Shown here: positions 26,694-37,693 of the stretch, piece after piece
Layout of the letters: every line of letters begins with the position of its first letter
Numbering within the stretch: the first letter of the stretch is position 1
NCBI GenBank assembly: GCA_964523565.1
Contig: CAZGAK010000001.1
Location: 3,867 to 67,866, forward strand
Length of the DNA: 64,000 nt
DNA from: an uncultured Syntrophaceae bacterium
GTDB taxonomy: Bacteria > Desulfobacterota > Syntrophia > Syntrophales > UBA6807
Direction of reading: 5' to 3'
Made by a program: the position numbers and the translations under genes
Notes under the pieces: model-generated
The model's database searches: none
Told to the model about the DNA's origin: nothing
Seen by the model: only the letters and a program-made list of their open reading frames with translations

Positions 26694-26778
26694 ATTTGCG
26701 GAGATTTTATTTAACGCAGATTTTGTGGTAGATTGCTACTGCAAAATATGGGTTTAAGGAGGGTTTAAGGAGGGTTAA

Positions 26779-27162
26779 ATGGCGGATAAAAAAACGAATG
26801 GAGATATTATTGCTTTCTTAGGGAAGGGGACGGAATTTGACGGGAAGCTGGTTATTAAAGGTTCTATCCGGATCGACGGGACTTTCAAAGGAGAAATATC
26901 GGGAGCGGGAACTTTGATTATCGGGGAGGGTGCACGTATTGAGGCGGATATTGCCGTTGATAACTTATTAATATTCGGAGATGTAAAGGGTAATTTTGAA
27001 ATCAAGGACAGGGTGGAAATTTGCTCTACCGGCAAGCTGTTTGGTAATTTAAAAACTCCCGCATTTGTAGTGCAGGAAGGAGCTATATTTGATGGGGGCT
27101 GTCAAATGGGGAACAGACCGGAGAAGATATCGATAGAGGAAAATCAGCAACATCCAGAATAA
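26779..27162 (+). CDS. Bactofilin (polymer-forming cytoskeletal protein)
   Basis: 127 aa beta-helix repeat pattern (GKLVIKGSIRIDGTFKGEI...GEGARIEADI...GDVKGNF...GKLFGNLKTPAFVVQEGAIFDG). Confidence 0.8.
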   Translation: MADKKTNGDIIAFLGKGTEFDGKLVIKGSIRIDGTFKGEISGAGTLIIGEGARIEADIAVDNLLIFGDVKGNFEIKDRVEICSTGKLFGNLKTPAFVVQEGAIFDGGCQMGNRPEKISIEENQQHPE

Positions 27163-27280
27163 ATTCGGTGAGTTGTCCGTTCCATACCCTATGATTCCGA
27201 TCAATATTCACAGGCCGTTTCACCAGCACCGATCGTTTATTTTGAACAGGAGTGAATATTAAAACGTGGGCAAAAAATGC

Positions 27281-27310
27281 TTGACAACATTTGAGAGTTA
27301 TGCTTATTAG
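27281..27310 (+). promoter_or_regulatory. Candidate sigma70-type promoter for the atp operon
   Basis: TTGACA (27281-27286), an 18 nt spacer, then TATTAG (27305-27310). This implies a leader of about 190 nt before atpF'. The -10 element is weak. Confidence 0.25.
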
Positions 27311-27502
27311 TCCCCGTCTTTTAGTAAAGTATAGTTGAAGGATGCGTTAGTGGTGGAAGTCAGGGAAATAAAATTTGTCGTTTTTTATGAAAAAACAGGT
27401 CTTTATGCCTTAATAGGAAAAATATTCAAATTTGCAGAACCGGGTGATTATCCTTTTTGGACACGCGGTTTTTTTTGTCTTTTAATTACGAGGTGATCAG
27501 AA

Positions 27503-27931
27503 ATGGTTTCAATAGATAGTACTATATGGTTTCAGATGGCAAATTTCCTTATTCTGATGTTTGTATTGAATGTAGTTCTTTTCAAACCCATTTTGCGTGT
27601 GATTGAAAGAAGAGAGAAACATCTTCAGGGTTTGGATGAAGAGGTAAAATCTCTTGATCAGTCTGTTGAGGAGAAAATGGCCAATTATGAGGAGAAGCTC
27701 CGTCAGGCCAGGCTGGAAGCAATGAGTGAAAAGAATGAAATTCAGCAAAAAGCATCTGGAGAAGGTAAGAGTAAAATGGATGAGGCAAGAAATGAGATTT
27801 TGCAGATTTTCGATGACTTCAAGCAAAAACTTGACAAAGAAATGTCGAGCGCAAGGAAAATATTAAAAACTCAAGCTGAGAAAATATCTGTTGAGATTTC
27901 TGAAAAGGTGCTGGGAAGGAGTATTCAATGA
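27503..27931 (+). CDS. atpF2: F-type ATP synthase subunit b'
   Basis: 142 aa with a single N-terminal TM helix followed by a long charged helix. It is the first of two b-type genes. Confidence 0.75.
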   Translation: MVSIDSTIWFQMANFLILMFVLNVVLFKPILRVIERREKHLQGLDEEVKSLDQSVEEKMANYEEKLRQARLEAMSEKNEIQQKASGEGKSKMDEARNEILQIFDDFKQKLDKEMSSARKILKTQAEKISVEISEKVLGRSIQ

Positions 27932-28542
27932 AAGAATCTTTAAAAGGTGTTCTCTCAAAACGATTTATATTGACTTCTTTTTTGCCTGCAGTCCTTTTTT
28001 TGATTCTCACCGCGGCGGTTGTTTATGCTTCGGGAGGTGGTGAGGGAGAAGGACATAACACGAGCAAGTGGATCTCCTTTGGATGGAAAACCCTGAATGT
28101 TGCAATCTTGTTTGGTGTTCTTTATTGGCTTTCCGCAAAAGCAATCAAGGGCTTTTTTATTGGGAGGCGCGATTCTATCAAGACATCCCTGGAAAAGGCC
28201 ATCGCTTTGAAGGAAGAATCTCAGAATAAATTTAATGAGTATTCTGCCAAACTGGATGAGGCGGCGGGAGAAATTGAGGGAATTTCCGAAATGATTAAGG
28301 CACAGGGGTTGGCAGAGAGGGAAAAAATTCTCACAGATGCAGAGAGAACTGCGGAGAAAATGAAGGAAGACGCGAAAGCCCGGATGGATCAGGAATTTAA
28401 AAAGATGAGGAATGAATTGAGAGCGGAAGCGGCTGAACTTTCCGTCCAGATCGCTGAGGAGCTTTTAAGGAAGAATATAAAAAAGAATGATCATGAAGTT
28501 ATGGTAGAAGATTTTTTAGATAGGATGGTGAAGATAAATTGA
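27928..28542 (+). CDS. atpF: F-type ATP synthase subunit b
   Basis: 204 aa with an N-terminal TM region and a long coiled-coil, between b' and delta. Confidence 0.75.
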   Translation: MKESLKGVLSKRFILTSFLPAVLFLILTAAVVYASGGGEGEGHNTSKWISFGWKTLNVAILFGVLYWLSAKAIKGFFIGRRDSIKTSLEKAIALKEESQNKFNEYSAKLDEAAGEIEGISEMIKAQGLAEREKILTDAERTAEKMKEDAKARMDQEFKKMRNELRAEAAELSVQIAEELLRKNIKKNDHEVMVEDFLDRMVKIN

Positions 28543-29084
28543 GATGGAGCGAAATTGCAAAACGTTATTCCAAGGCTTTCTTCGCGATAGCCGCGGAAGA
28601 GGCTAAGTATGAAGAATACTATAATGAACTTGGAAAATTTTCTTCTCTCCTTGAGCAAAATGAAAATCTTAGAGAATTTTTGAATATTCCGATTTTTGCT
28701 CAGTCTGATAAGAAAGCCGTTCTGGATGAGGTGCTGAAAAAAGTTGATGTATCGCCCGTAACGGCTAATTTTTTGAAGTTATTACTGGAAAAAAGAAGGA
28801 TAAATCTCCTTCCGGAAATTGAAGCTTGTTATCAACATTATATGGATAATGTGTTGAACAAGGTAAGGGTAAATGTAAAATCGGCCTACAAGTTATCGGA
28901 TAAGCTGTCCGAACAGATTAAGGCGCGGATGGAAGAGGTTACCGCTAAAAAAGTCGAAATGGAAATTGAAAGGGATACATCTTTGTTGGGAGGTATTGTT
29001 GTAAAAGTAGGTGACACCCTTTACGATGGAAGTATAAAAACCCAGCTTAATAGTATTAGGGAACTCTTAAGGGAGGAGATATAG
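28539..29084 (+). CDS. atpH: F-type ATP synthase subunit delta (OSCP)
   Basis: 181 aa. IAKRYSKAFFAIA N-terminus and GGIVVKVGDTLYDGSI C-terminal motif. Confidence 0.9.
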   Translation: MRWSEIAKRYSKAFFAIAAEEAKYEEYYNELGKFSSLLEQNENLREFLNIPIFAQSDKKAVLDEVLKKVDVSPVTANFLKLLLEKRRINLLPEIEACYQHYMDNVLNKVRVNVKSAYKLSDKLSEQIKARMEEVTAKKVEMEIERDTSLLGGIVVKVGDTLYDGSIKTQLNSIRELLREEI

Positions 29085-29087
29085 AGG

Positions 29088-30602
29088 ATGGAAGCGATCA
29101 AGGCAGAGGAAATAACTCAGATAATTTCCAGGCAGATAAGGGATTATGAGAAAAAACTGGATGTGAGCGAAACAGGGACCGTTCTGTCCGTAGGCGATGG
29201 TGTTGCCAGGGTCTATGGTGTTGAGAATGCCATGGCCATGGAACTGGTGGAGTTCCCCGGTGGTATTTTAGGGATGGTCTTGAATTTAGAGACGGATAAC
29301 GTAGGTGTGGCCATTCTCGGTGAGGATATCCATATCAAAGAAGGTGATATCGTCAAGAGAACAGGAAGAATCGCTGAGGTTCCCGTTGGTGAAGAGGTTC
29401 TCGGACGCGTTATCGATGCAACGGGTGCGCCCATAGATGGAAAGGGCCCCATCGAGGCGAAACAGACAAGAAGGATCGAGATGATTGCCCCCGGTGTTAT
29501 CCAGCGTCAACCCGTTAATCAGCCCCTGTATACGGGATTAAAGGCCATCGATGCCATGACTCCTATAGGAAGGGGCCAGAGAGAGCTGATCATTGGTGAC
29601 AGGCAGATCGGAAAAACAGCCATCTGTGTTGATGCTATTATAAGGCAGAAAGATACAGGCGTTAAGTGTATCTATGTCGCCATAGGGCAGAAGAAGTCGA
29701 CCGTCGCACAGGTAGTGGAGGCCCTCAGGAGACATGGTGCTATGGATTATACCTGTGTTGTTTCAGCCTGTGCGAGTGATCCTGCCACGTTGCAGTATGT
29801 TTCCGCATATGCGGGATGCAGCATGGGGGAATATTTCCGCGACAATGGGCAGGACGCCCTTATCTTGTATGACGATCTTTCCAAACAGGCCGTTGCGTAC
29901 AGGCAGATATCGCTTCTTTTGAGAAGACCTCCGGGACGTGAGGCCTTCCCGGGAGATATTTTCTTTAACCATTCGAGACTGCTGGAACGTGCGGCCAGGG
30001 TTAATGATGAACTCGGTGGTGGTTCCCTGACGGCCCTTCCCATCATTGAAACCCAGGCTGGAGATGTTTCCGCGTATATTCCTACAAACGTTATTTCCAT
30101 TACGGATGGCCAGGTCTACCTTGAACCCAGTTTGTTCTATTCCGGTGTAAGGCCTGCAATCAATGTGGGTCTGTCAGTTTCGAGAGTAGGTGGAGCAGCT
30201 CAGGTAAAAGCGATGAAACAGGTAGCAGGAACCTTGAAACTTGACCTGGCACAATACAGGGAACTGGCCGCTTTTGCCCAGTTTGGAAGTGACCTTGATA
30301 AATCGACACAGGCTCAGCTGGACAGAGGAGCCAGATTGGTCGAGTTATTGAAACAACCGCAATATCATCCCATGTCCTTAGGGCAGCAAGTGTTGGTGTT
30401 ATTTTCCGGTGTTAGAGGATTTGTGGATAAATATCCCCTGGAGCGTCTTAAGAACTACGAAAGCGAACTCCTGAGCTTTGTTGAAGGCAAATATCCTGAA
30501 TTGATGAAGGAAATAGATGAGAAAGAGGAGATAAGTGACGGACTGGAAGATAAGTTGCGAGATGCTCTGACTGAATTTGATTCAATTTTTGCCGCTGAAT
30601 AA
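29088..30602 (+). CDS. atpA: F-type ATP synthase subunit alpha
   Basis: Walker A GDRQIGKT and the typical alpha blocks ([27 protein letters not shown]). Confidence 0.97.
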   Translation: MEAIKAEEITQIISRQIRDYEKKLDVSETGTVLSVGDGVARVYGVENAMAMELVEFPGGILGMVLNLETDNVGVAILGEDIHIKEGDIVKRTGRIAEVPVGEEVLGRVIDATGAPIDGKGPIEAKQTRRIEMIAPGVIQRQPVNQPLYTGLKAIDAMTPIGRGQRELIIGDRQIGKTAICVDAIIRQKDTGVKCIYVAIGQKKSTVAQVVEALRRHGAMDYTCVVSACASDPATLQYVSAYAGCSMGEYFRDNGQDALILYDDLSKQAVAYRQISLLLRRPPGREAFPGDIFFNHSRLLERAARVNDELGGGSLTALPIIETQAGDVSAYIPTNVISITDGQVYLEPSLFYSGVRPAINVGLSVSRVGGAAQVKAMKQVAGTLKLDLAQYRELAAFAQFGSDLDKSTQAQLDRGARLVELLKQPQYHPMSLGQQVLVLFSGVRGFVDKYPLERLKNYESELLSFVEGKYPELMKEIDEKEEISDGLEDKLRDALTEFDSIFAAE

Positions 30603-30636
30603 AAACTGAATATTTTGTAGAATGGGAGTAGGTTGA

Positions 30637-31512
30637 ATGGCCTCGTTAAAGGATATTAAAGATAAAATTCAGGGAGTTAGTAAAACGAAGCAGATCACCA
30701 GGGCGATGAACATGGTGGCTGCATCGAAGCTGAAAAGCACTCAATTAAGAATGGAAAACTTCAGGCCATATGCGGAGAAGTTTATGGAGGTACTAAACAG
30801 TGTGGCCCTGCGGGTAAATCCTGACATGCATCCTCTCCTGGCAGTCAGAGAACCGAAAAAAGTTCGAATCATATGTATGACATCGGACAGGGGCTTGTGC
30901 GGTGGTTTTAACTCGAATGTGATGAGGGCAGTAGAAGGATTCATCAGGCACAGGTCTAAGGAGGGTCAGGAAGTTTCGTTGGTTGCTGTCGGGCGAAAAG
31001 GAAGAGATCACTTCAGAAAGAAGGCAAATATGATCGGTCAGCACACGGACGTTTTTAAACAGTTTGACATCAGTCTGGCTGACAGTATCGGGAGAGAATT
31101 GATTTCTTCTTTTATAGATGGGGAATATGATGAATTGCACATTGCATACAATGAGTTTCGGAATATCGCTGTTCAGAGGCCGAAGATAGACAGACTGCTT
31201 CCGATGAAATCTACAGACTCGGCAGAGGAGATTGCGCCGGAAAGAAAACTTGGGTACATTTATGAACCGGAAGAAGAGATTCTAATAGAAAAACTTCTCC
31301 CAACATATATCAGGGTAATGACTTTCAGGGCACTTCTGGAGACAGCGGCAGGTGAAAACGGAGCTCGAATGGTTGCCATGGACAACGCAACAATCAGTTG
31401 CGAAGAGATGATTGGGGATCTGTCCTTGAAATACAACAAGGCGAGGCAGCAGGCTATTACTGCAGAACTCATGGACATTGTCGGGGGTACGGAGGCCTTG
31501 TCCAAGGGGTGA
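30637..31512 (+). CDS. atpG: F-type ATP synthase subunit gamma
   Basis: N-terminus LKDIKDKIQGVSKTKQITRAMNMVAASKL and C-terminus QAITAELMDIVGG. Confidence 0.95.
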   Translation: MASLKDIKDKIQGVSKTKQITRAMNMVAASKLKSTQLRMENFRPYAEKFMEVLNSVALRVNPDMHPLLAVREPKKVRIICMTSDRGLCGGFNSNVMRAVEGFIRHRSKEGQEVSLVAVGRKGRDHFRKKANMIGQHTDVFKQFDISLADSIGRELISSFIDGEYDELHIAYNEFRNIAVQRPKIDRLLPMKSTDSAEEIAPERKLGYIYEPEEEILIEKLLPTYIRVMTFRALLETAAGENGARMVAMDNATISCEEMIGDLSLKYNKARQQAITAELMDIVGGTEALSKG

Positions 31513-31529
31513 TTAAATTCTTAATTCTT

Positions 31530-31682
31530 AAATTTGATGGTTTCGTAAAAAGTCAAAAACTCGCTAATATGTCATTCCCGCGAAAGCGGGAATCCAGTAA
31601 TTACACGCAGTTATAGATTCCCGATCAGATCGGGAATGACAAAACGGCAAAAACTCCGACTTTTTACGAACTTGTCAAATTT
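31530..31682 (+). mobile_element. 153 bp MITE-like structured repeat (family 3), complete copy with terminal inverted repeats
   Basis: The TIRs are AAATTTGATGGTTTCGTAAAAAGTC... and ...GACTTTTTACGAACTTGTCAAATTT. Internal hairpins are ATTCCCGC-GAAA-GCGGGAAT and ATTCCCGAT-CAG-ATCGGGAAT. A second, truncated copy lies at 49010-49122. Confidence 0.8.
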
Positions 31683-31781
31683 GAGTTTTTAATTAAAAAT
31701 TGAGAACATAAAATTCAAAATCCATTACCGATGGATTTTATAAATATTTGATTATAAAAAAGTACAATAAATACTCTTTAA

Positions 31782-33203
<1,422 letters not shown>

Positions 33204-33223
33204 CGAAGCCGGAGGAGTGTTAA

Positions 33224-33634
33224 ATGGCTGACGAATTGATGGTGGAAATTGCCACACCTGAAAAAATGGTGTTCAGTGATAAAGTTGAAGAGGTGACGAT
33301 TCCAGGGGTTGATGGTGAGTTTGGTGTGCTGTTCGGTCATGCTCCCCTTTTGACTTTAGTTAATATTGGTGAGTTGAATTATACCAGGGATAATAAAAAG
33401 ACACATTATGCCATTGGAGCAGGATATGTGGAGGTAACCTATCAGAAAGTAACATTACTTCTTGATAGCGCTGAGAGATCTGATGAGATTAATAAGGAGA
33501 GCGCAAGAAGAGAAAAAGATGCGGCAGAGGCGAAGCTCTCAAAGATGAACAAGGAAGAAGATAAGGGTTATAAGGAGGCGAAAGACAATCTGAGTCTGGC
33601 AGAGGCGAGGCTCAAGGTTGCAGAGAAGACATAG
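33224..33634 (+). CDS. atpC: F-type ATP synthase subunit epsilon
   Basis: 136 aa. An N-terminal beta-sandwich (VEIATPEKMVFSDKVEEVTIPGVDGEFGVL) plus a C-terminal helical hairpin. Confidence 0.9.
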   Translation: MADELMVEIATPEKMVFSDKVEEVTIPGVDGEFGVLFGHAPLLTLVNIGELNYTRDNKKTHYAIGAGYVEVTYQKVTLLLDSAERSDEINKESARREKDAAEAKLSKMNKEEDKGYKEAKDNLSLAEARLKVAEKT

Positions 33635-33685
33635 CGGATTTTCCTCAGGAAAGAAAGACTCTGTTTTGGAAAAAATCGAATGATT

Positions 33686-33722
33686 CAAGCCAGGGAGGTT
33701 TCACTTTCCTGGCTTGTTTTTT
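33686..33722 (+). terminator. Rho-independent terminator after atpC
   Basis: A 9 bp stem, CAAGCCAGG (33686-33694) with CCTGGCTTG (33708-33716), followed by TTTTTT. Confidence 0.75.
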
Positions 33723-33737
33723 AGTTGTATAGACATT

Positions 33738-33931
33738 ATATTCTTTATTCTCGACAACTGCGTTTTTTGCGCAGATGTTGGCGGAAAATAAATCCGAAGT
33801 ACGAAATTCGAAACAATATCAAAATCTTAAACTCGAATGTCCAAAACTGTTTCGAAAATTTGTTATTTGACTTCGACGTGAGCTCAGTCGAACGATATTC
33901 GGATTTCGGATTTGCGGCTTTGCCGCTTTAG
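33738..33931 (+). repeat. Modular repeat family 1, gamma core (flop orientation)
   Basis: The left arm ATTCTTTATTCTCGACAACTGCGTTTTTTGCGCAGATG and right arm GCGGCTTTGCCGCTTTAG are in the same orientation as 21842-22044. However, the 79 nt central segment 33790-33868 is the reverse complement of 21941-22019. Confidence 0.9.
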
Positions 33932-33941
33932 GAGTTTAATC

Positions 33942-35420
33942 ATGGTGCGAGCAAAGGGGTTCTTGTCAGGTCTTTTTATAGTTGCTTTGTTTTGTACTCT
34001 ATTTTTGGATCCAGGTGTTGCTTACTGTGCCGCCGAAGAGGCCTCACATCATGGAGGTAATATAGGAGAAATATTATCGGCCTGGACAGTGATTCCTTTT
34101 GTCGGTATTTTACTGTCCATAGCTTTGCTTCCTTTGCTTATGCCTCACTTCTGGCATAATCACTTCGGTAAGATTTCGGCATTCTGGGCGTTGCTGTTTG
34201 CGATTCCGTTTCTCTATGTTTATCATTATGTGGCATTATACGAAATTCTGCACATCTATCTAATTGATTATTTCCCGTTTATCATTCTTCTCTGGGGCCT
34301 CTTTACCGTTGCGGGAGGAATCGTGGTCGGTGGTTCAATAAAGGGGACCCCGGTTGTCAACACGATTATGTTATTGATAGGAACGATATTGGCCTCCTGG
34401 GTAGGAACGACGGGAGCAGCCATGGTTATGATACGTCCTCTTTTAAGGGCAAACAAGAACAGGGTAAACAAAGTACATGTCGTGTGCTTTTTTATATTTC
34501 TTGTGGCCAATATCGGGGGTTCGCTCACACCGCTTGGCGATCCGCCGCTATTTCTTGGATTTCTCCATAATGTTCCGTTTTTCTGGGTTACGACAGCTAT
34601 CCTCCCACATATGTTGTTAACGTCGTTGATACTGTTGGTTCTGTTTTTTGCCGTTGACACATTTTACTATAATAAAGAGAAAGATGAGTTGAAAAAGATA
34701 GGGCCAATGGAACAAGTTCCCATCAGGATTCAGGGTGTGCATAATTTCATTTTTCTGGCGGGTATTGTCGTCCTCGTTCTCATAAGCGGTTATTGGAAAG
34801 CGGGACATTTCAGTGTAATGGGTATTCACATGACGTATCAGAATCTCCTGCGGGATGTTGGAATTATCATTATGGGAACACTCTCTCTCCTGTTAACCTC
34901 CAAGAGTCTTCGGGAAGAAAACGAATTCAGCTGGTTTCCGATAATGGAAGTGGCCAAACTTTTTGCCGGCATTTTTATGACGATTATTCCTTGCCTGGCA
35001 ATCCTGAAAGCTGGAAGTAACGGTGCCATGGCCGGTCTTGTAGCTGTCGTGAAAGAGCCGTTTCATTATTTCTGGGTAGCCGGCACACTCTCCTCTTTCC
35101 TTGATAATGCGCCTACCTATCTCACCTTCTTTAACCTTGCTCTGGGCAAACTCGGCTTAACAGAGGCAATGGTTCCGGCTGCGCTGGCGGCAAAAGCGGC
35201 GACGGCAAATCCTGTGTTTATCAGTTATCTGAAAGCAATATCAGCAGGTGCGGTCTTTATGGGCGCCAATACCTATATCGGCAATGCGCCGAATTTCATG
35301 GTTAAATCTATTGCTGAAGAAGCGGGAATTAATATGCCGAGTTTTTTCGGTTATATGTTTAAATATTCAATTCCTATTCTTATTCCCATATTTGTTGTTG
35401 TAACTTTTGTATTCTTTTAG
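33942..35420 (+). CDS. Ion transporter of the ArsB/NhaD permease superfamily (putative Na+/H+ antiporter)
   Basis: Polytopic membrane protein of about 490 aa resembling NhaD/citrate-transporter-type permeases. I prefer ATG 33942, 10 nt after AGGAG; the track start at 33912 lies inside a repeat. The stop codon TAG at 35418-35420 lies in a repeat arm. Confidence 0.55.
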   Translation: MVRAKGFLSGLFIVALFCTLFLDPGVAYCAAEEASHHGGNIGEILSAWTVIPFVGILLSIALLPLLMPHFWHNHFGKISAFWALLFAIPFLYVYHYVALYEILHIYLIDYFPFIILLWGLFTVAGGIVVGGSIKGTPVVNTIMLLIGTILASWVGTTGAAMVMIRPLLRANKNRVNKVHVVCFFIFLVANIGGSLTPLGDPPLFLGFLHNVPFFWVTTAILPHMLLTSLILLVLFFAVDTFYYNKEKDELKKIGPMEQVPIRIQGVHNFIFLAGIVVLVLISGYWKAGHFSVMGIHMTYQNLLRDVGIIIMGTLSLLLTSKSLREENEFSWFPIMEVAKLFAGIFMTIIPCLAILKAGSNGAMAGLVAVVKEPFHYFWVAGTLSSFLDNAPTYLTFFNLALGKLGLTEAMVPAALAAKAATANPVFISYLKAISAGAVFMGANTYIGNAPNFMVKSIAEEAGINMPSFFGYMFKYSIPILIPIFVVVTFVFF

Positions 35421-35624
35421 ATTCTTTATTCTCAACAACTGCGTTTTTTGCGCAGATGTTGGTATCAGCTTATGCGAATAAGACAAAGAATTCTGGTTGC
35501 ACCTTTGCTGCCTTGGAAACGTAGGGCAGGGCTTTAGCCCTGCGTAAAGCCCAATGCAAGGCTAAAGCCTTGCCCTACATGCAAGAGGCCAACACCTCTT
35601 TGGTTGCGGCTTTGCCGCCTCAGG
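35417..35624 (+). repeat. Modular repeat family 1, alpha core, full length
   Basis: TTAGATTCTTTATTCTCAACAACTGCGTTTTTTGCGCAGATG, then the alpha core (palindrome 35521-35578, one substitution), then GCGGCTTTGCCGCCTCAG. Confidence 0.9.
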
Positions 35625-35648
35625 GATATAATGACGGGAGAATGAGAA

Positions 35649-36230
35649 ATGACAAAATCATATTATGAAGTAATATTACAAGGATCGTTTGGTCTCATCA
35701 AGGGTTTTGTTCTGGGCTTTTTAGAAGGAAGCGGAATTAAAGGGGAGGCGATCTTTGGCCGGGAGCATCATGTGGAAAACGAAAGCAAGTTTGGCCAGCT
35801 CATGCGCTTGATTCATGTCAAGGGTAATAAAGTTCATGTTATTGTTGGTGCCGGGATCCATAATTTACTGAAAGATGCAGTGGGTAACAGACAAGATGGA
35901 CTTGACATAAAGATATTGTCTGTCAGAGAAATTACGGATGCCCATTTTGATTTTATCTATAAAGCCTTTGCAAAAGAATTTGGTGATAAGTTGAAAGAAC
36001 TTTTTAAAAATCTGCCTGAGGGACTTGAACTTGGGCCAGGCTACGAACCTAAAGAAACAATAACGCCGGAGGGGAAGGGGATAGAAGCCTATGCCCCGCT
36101 ACATGAATATGAAATAAAAGCCAATGGAAGGATATACGGTCCCATAAAAGCTGTAATCAATTTTTATGGCGAGGTGGAGCATAATCCATTGGTTGAATTG
36201 GGAGACATAAAGCTCCAATATAAGAATTAG
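35649..36230 (+). CDS. Hypothetical soluble protein (orphan, 193 aa)
   Basis: A clean ORF with a plausible SD (GGGAGAATGAGAAATG). I recognise no family or motif. Confidence 0.35.
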   Translation: MTKSYYEVILQGSFGLIKGFVLGFLEGSGIKGEAIFGREHHVENESKFGQLMRLIHVKGNKVHVIVGAGIHNLLKDAVGNRQDGLDIKILSVREITDAHFDFIYKAFAKEFGDKLKELFKNLPEGLELGPGYEPKETITPEGKGIEAYAPLHEYEIKANGRIYGPIKAVINFYGEVEHNPLVELGDIKLQYKN

Positions 36231-36266
36231 GTATTAAGGATTATAGTCGAAGATCCGCTTGATCTC

Positions 36267-36427
36267 CTAAGGCGGCAAAGCCGCAAGGACTGAGCAACGA
36301 GCAATGAGGACTGAGAACTAAAGGCTAAAGGTTTTTCCTTGATCCTTTGTCCTTGTACCTTGCACCTTTTCACTGCTGACACTAAAATCTGCGCAAAAAA
36401 TGCAGTTGTTGAGAATAAAGAATCTAA
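36267..36427 (-). repeat. Modular repeat family 1, delta core, inverted orientation, full length
   Basis: CTAAGGCGGCAAAGCCGC..., then a heptad-built delta core, then ...CTGCGCAAAAAATGCAGTTGTTGAGAATAAAGAATCTAA. It contains the stop codon of the speD-speE fusion. Confidence 0.9.
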
Positions 36428-37512
36428 TCCTTTAACCTTGAGATATGTGCCGAAGCAAATATCCACGGCGTGCAGAAAGACTGGATATTCGTTTTTGAGA
36501 ATTTAACATTAATGAAAGCCCGGCTGAGGATTTTTTCTGACATAATAAGTGTATCCTTGTCATATTCGGAACAGCACTGAGACGTTATCATGCCATTGGG
36601 ATTGAGGCAGTCTTTAATTTTTGCGAAGAGATCTTCCAGGTACAGCTCGCGATCCATATTGATAAACGTTTCAGGATGCATGGTTAAATCATAGATAATT
36701 GCATCAAAACGCCTGTCAGTATTTAAGAAATTATTTACATCATCGTTTATAATCTCTACCCGCGGATCATCGAACGCATCATGACAGATACACTGTAGAT
36801 ATTTCCTGGAAGCGTTTATAACTTCTTCGTCTATATCGATGAGTGTAACCTTGCCGGGGTTGTATTTCAAAAGTTCATAAAGGACCCCCCCGTCTCCACC
36901 GCCCAGGATTGCTACATTTTCTAAAGGATTTTTTGCTTCAACAAGAGGTGATACCATGCTCTGGTTGTAAAGATGAGCATCATATTCGGCAATCTGCAGA
37001 TCATTATTCAAAAACAGCAGCTTACCGAAAATTTCATTTTCTATGATGTCTATCTGCTGATATTTTGACATCTTGCTGAAAATTGCTTTTTCGATGTGGT
37101 ACCGTATGTCGAATCCGACCGTATCGGAAACGTCGGTTATCCAATTGGTTTCTGACACTTCGATTGGGTTTCCCCGGATAATTTCGGCTGTCCTCGTTGT
37201 AGTCGGTTTAAATTTATCCTTCAGATAATGTAACAGATTATTCGTTACCTCCTTGTCGGGAGAACAGGTATATATATCCACAGAAGCGTGACGCGCTTCG
37301 GGGTATGTATGGATGGCAACATGGGATTCACTGATGACTGCTATGGATGTGACACCGATGGGATCGTAGCAATGACTGTTGATAGCTACAAGAGATAGTC
37401 CGCATTCTCTGATACCATTACGCAGAATGTTTTCGATGGCCTCTTTATCGTTTAAAATATCTCTGGAACAGTTGTGAAATTCCGCTACGATTTGCATCCC
37501 GATTGGCTTCAT
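36424..37512 (-). CDS. speD-speE: Fusion of S-adenosylmethionine decarboxylase proenzyme and an aminopropyltransferase (spermidine synthase-like)
   Basis: The N-terminal roughly 115 aa is class-1 AdoMetDC with the self-processing site context VISESHVAIHTYPE. The C-terminal roughly 240 aa has the spermidine synthase fold motifs YQQIDIIE, ILGGGDGGVLYELLKY, IDIDEEVI and DPRVEIINDD. Confidence 0.8.
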   Translation of the reverse strand: MKPIGMQIVAEFHNCSRDILNDKEAIENILRNGIRECGLSLVAINSHCYDPIGVTSIAVISESHVAIHTYPEARHASVDIYTCSPDKEVTNNLLHYLKDKFKPTTTRTAEIIRGNPIEVSETNWITDVSDTVGFDIRYHIEKAIFSKMSKYQQIDIIENEIFGKLLFLNNDLQIAEYDAHLYNQSMVSPLVEAKNPLENVAILGGGDGGVLYELLKYNPGKVTLIDIDEEVINASRKYLQCICHDAFDDPRVEIINDDVNNFLNTDRRFDAIIYDLTMHPETFINMDRELYLEDLFAKIKDCLNPNGMITSQCCSEYDKDTLIMSEKILSRAFINVKFSKTNIQSFCTPWIFASAHISRLKD

Positions 37513-37525
37513 GGCAAAATAAACT

Positions 37526-37658
37526 TTCTTTATAAAGGTACAAGGTACAAGGACAAAGGATCAAGGACAAAGGACAAAGGATCAAGGAAAAACCTTTAGC
37601 CTTTAGTTCTCAGTCCTCATTGCTCGTTGCTCAGCCCTTTGCGGCTTTGCCGCATTAG
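37526..37658 (+). repeat. Modular repeat family 1, delta core, left arm reduced to TTCTTTAT
   Basis: AGGTACA AGGTACA AGGACAA AGGATCA AGGACAA AGGACAA AGGATCA AGG..., ending GCGGCTTTGCCGCATTAG. Confidence 0.85.
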
Positions 37659-37693
37659 TCCCTTAAGCGAGAAATTAAATTTTCTTGTAACAG

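Noticed and set aside
33912-33941. The track start of the permease ORF at 33912.
   Set aside because: It lies inside the right arm of a family-1 repeat. ATG 33942 follows an AGGAG at good spacing and begins a typical signal/TM N-terminus.
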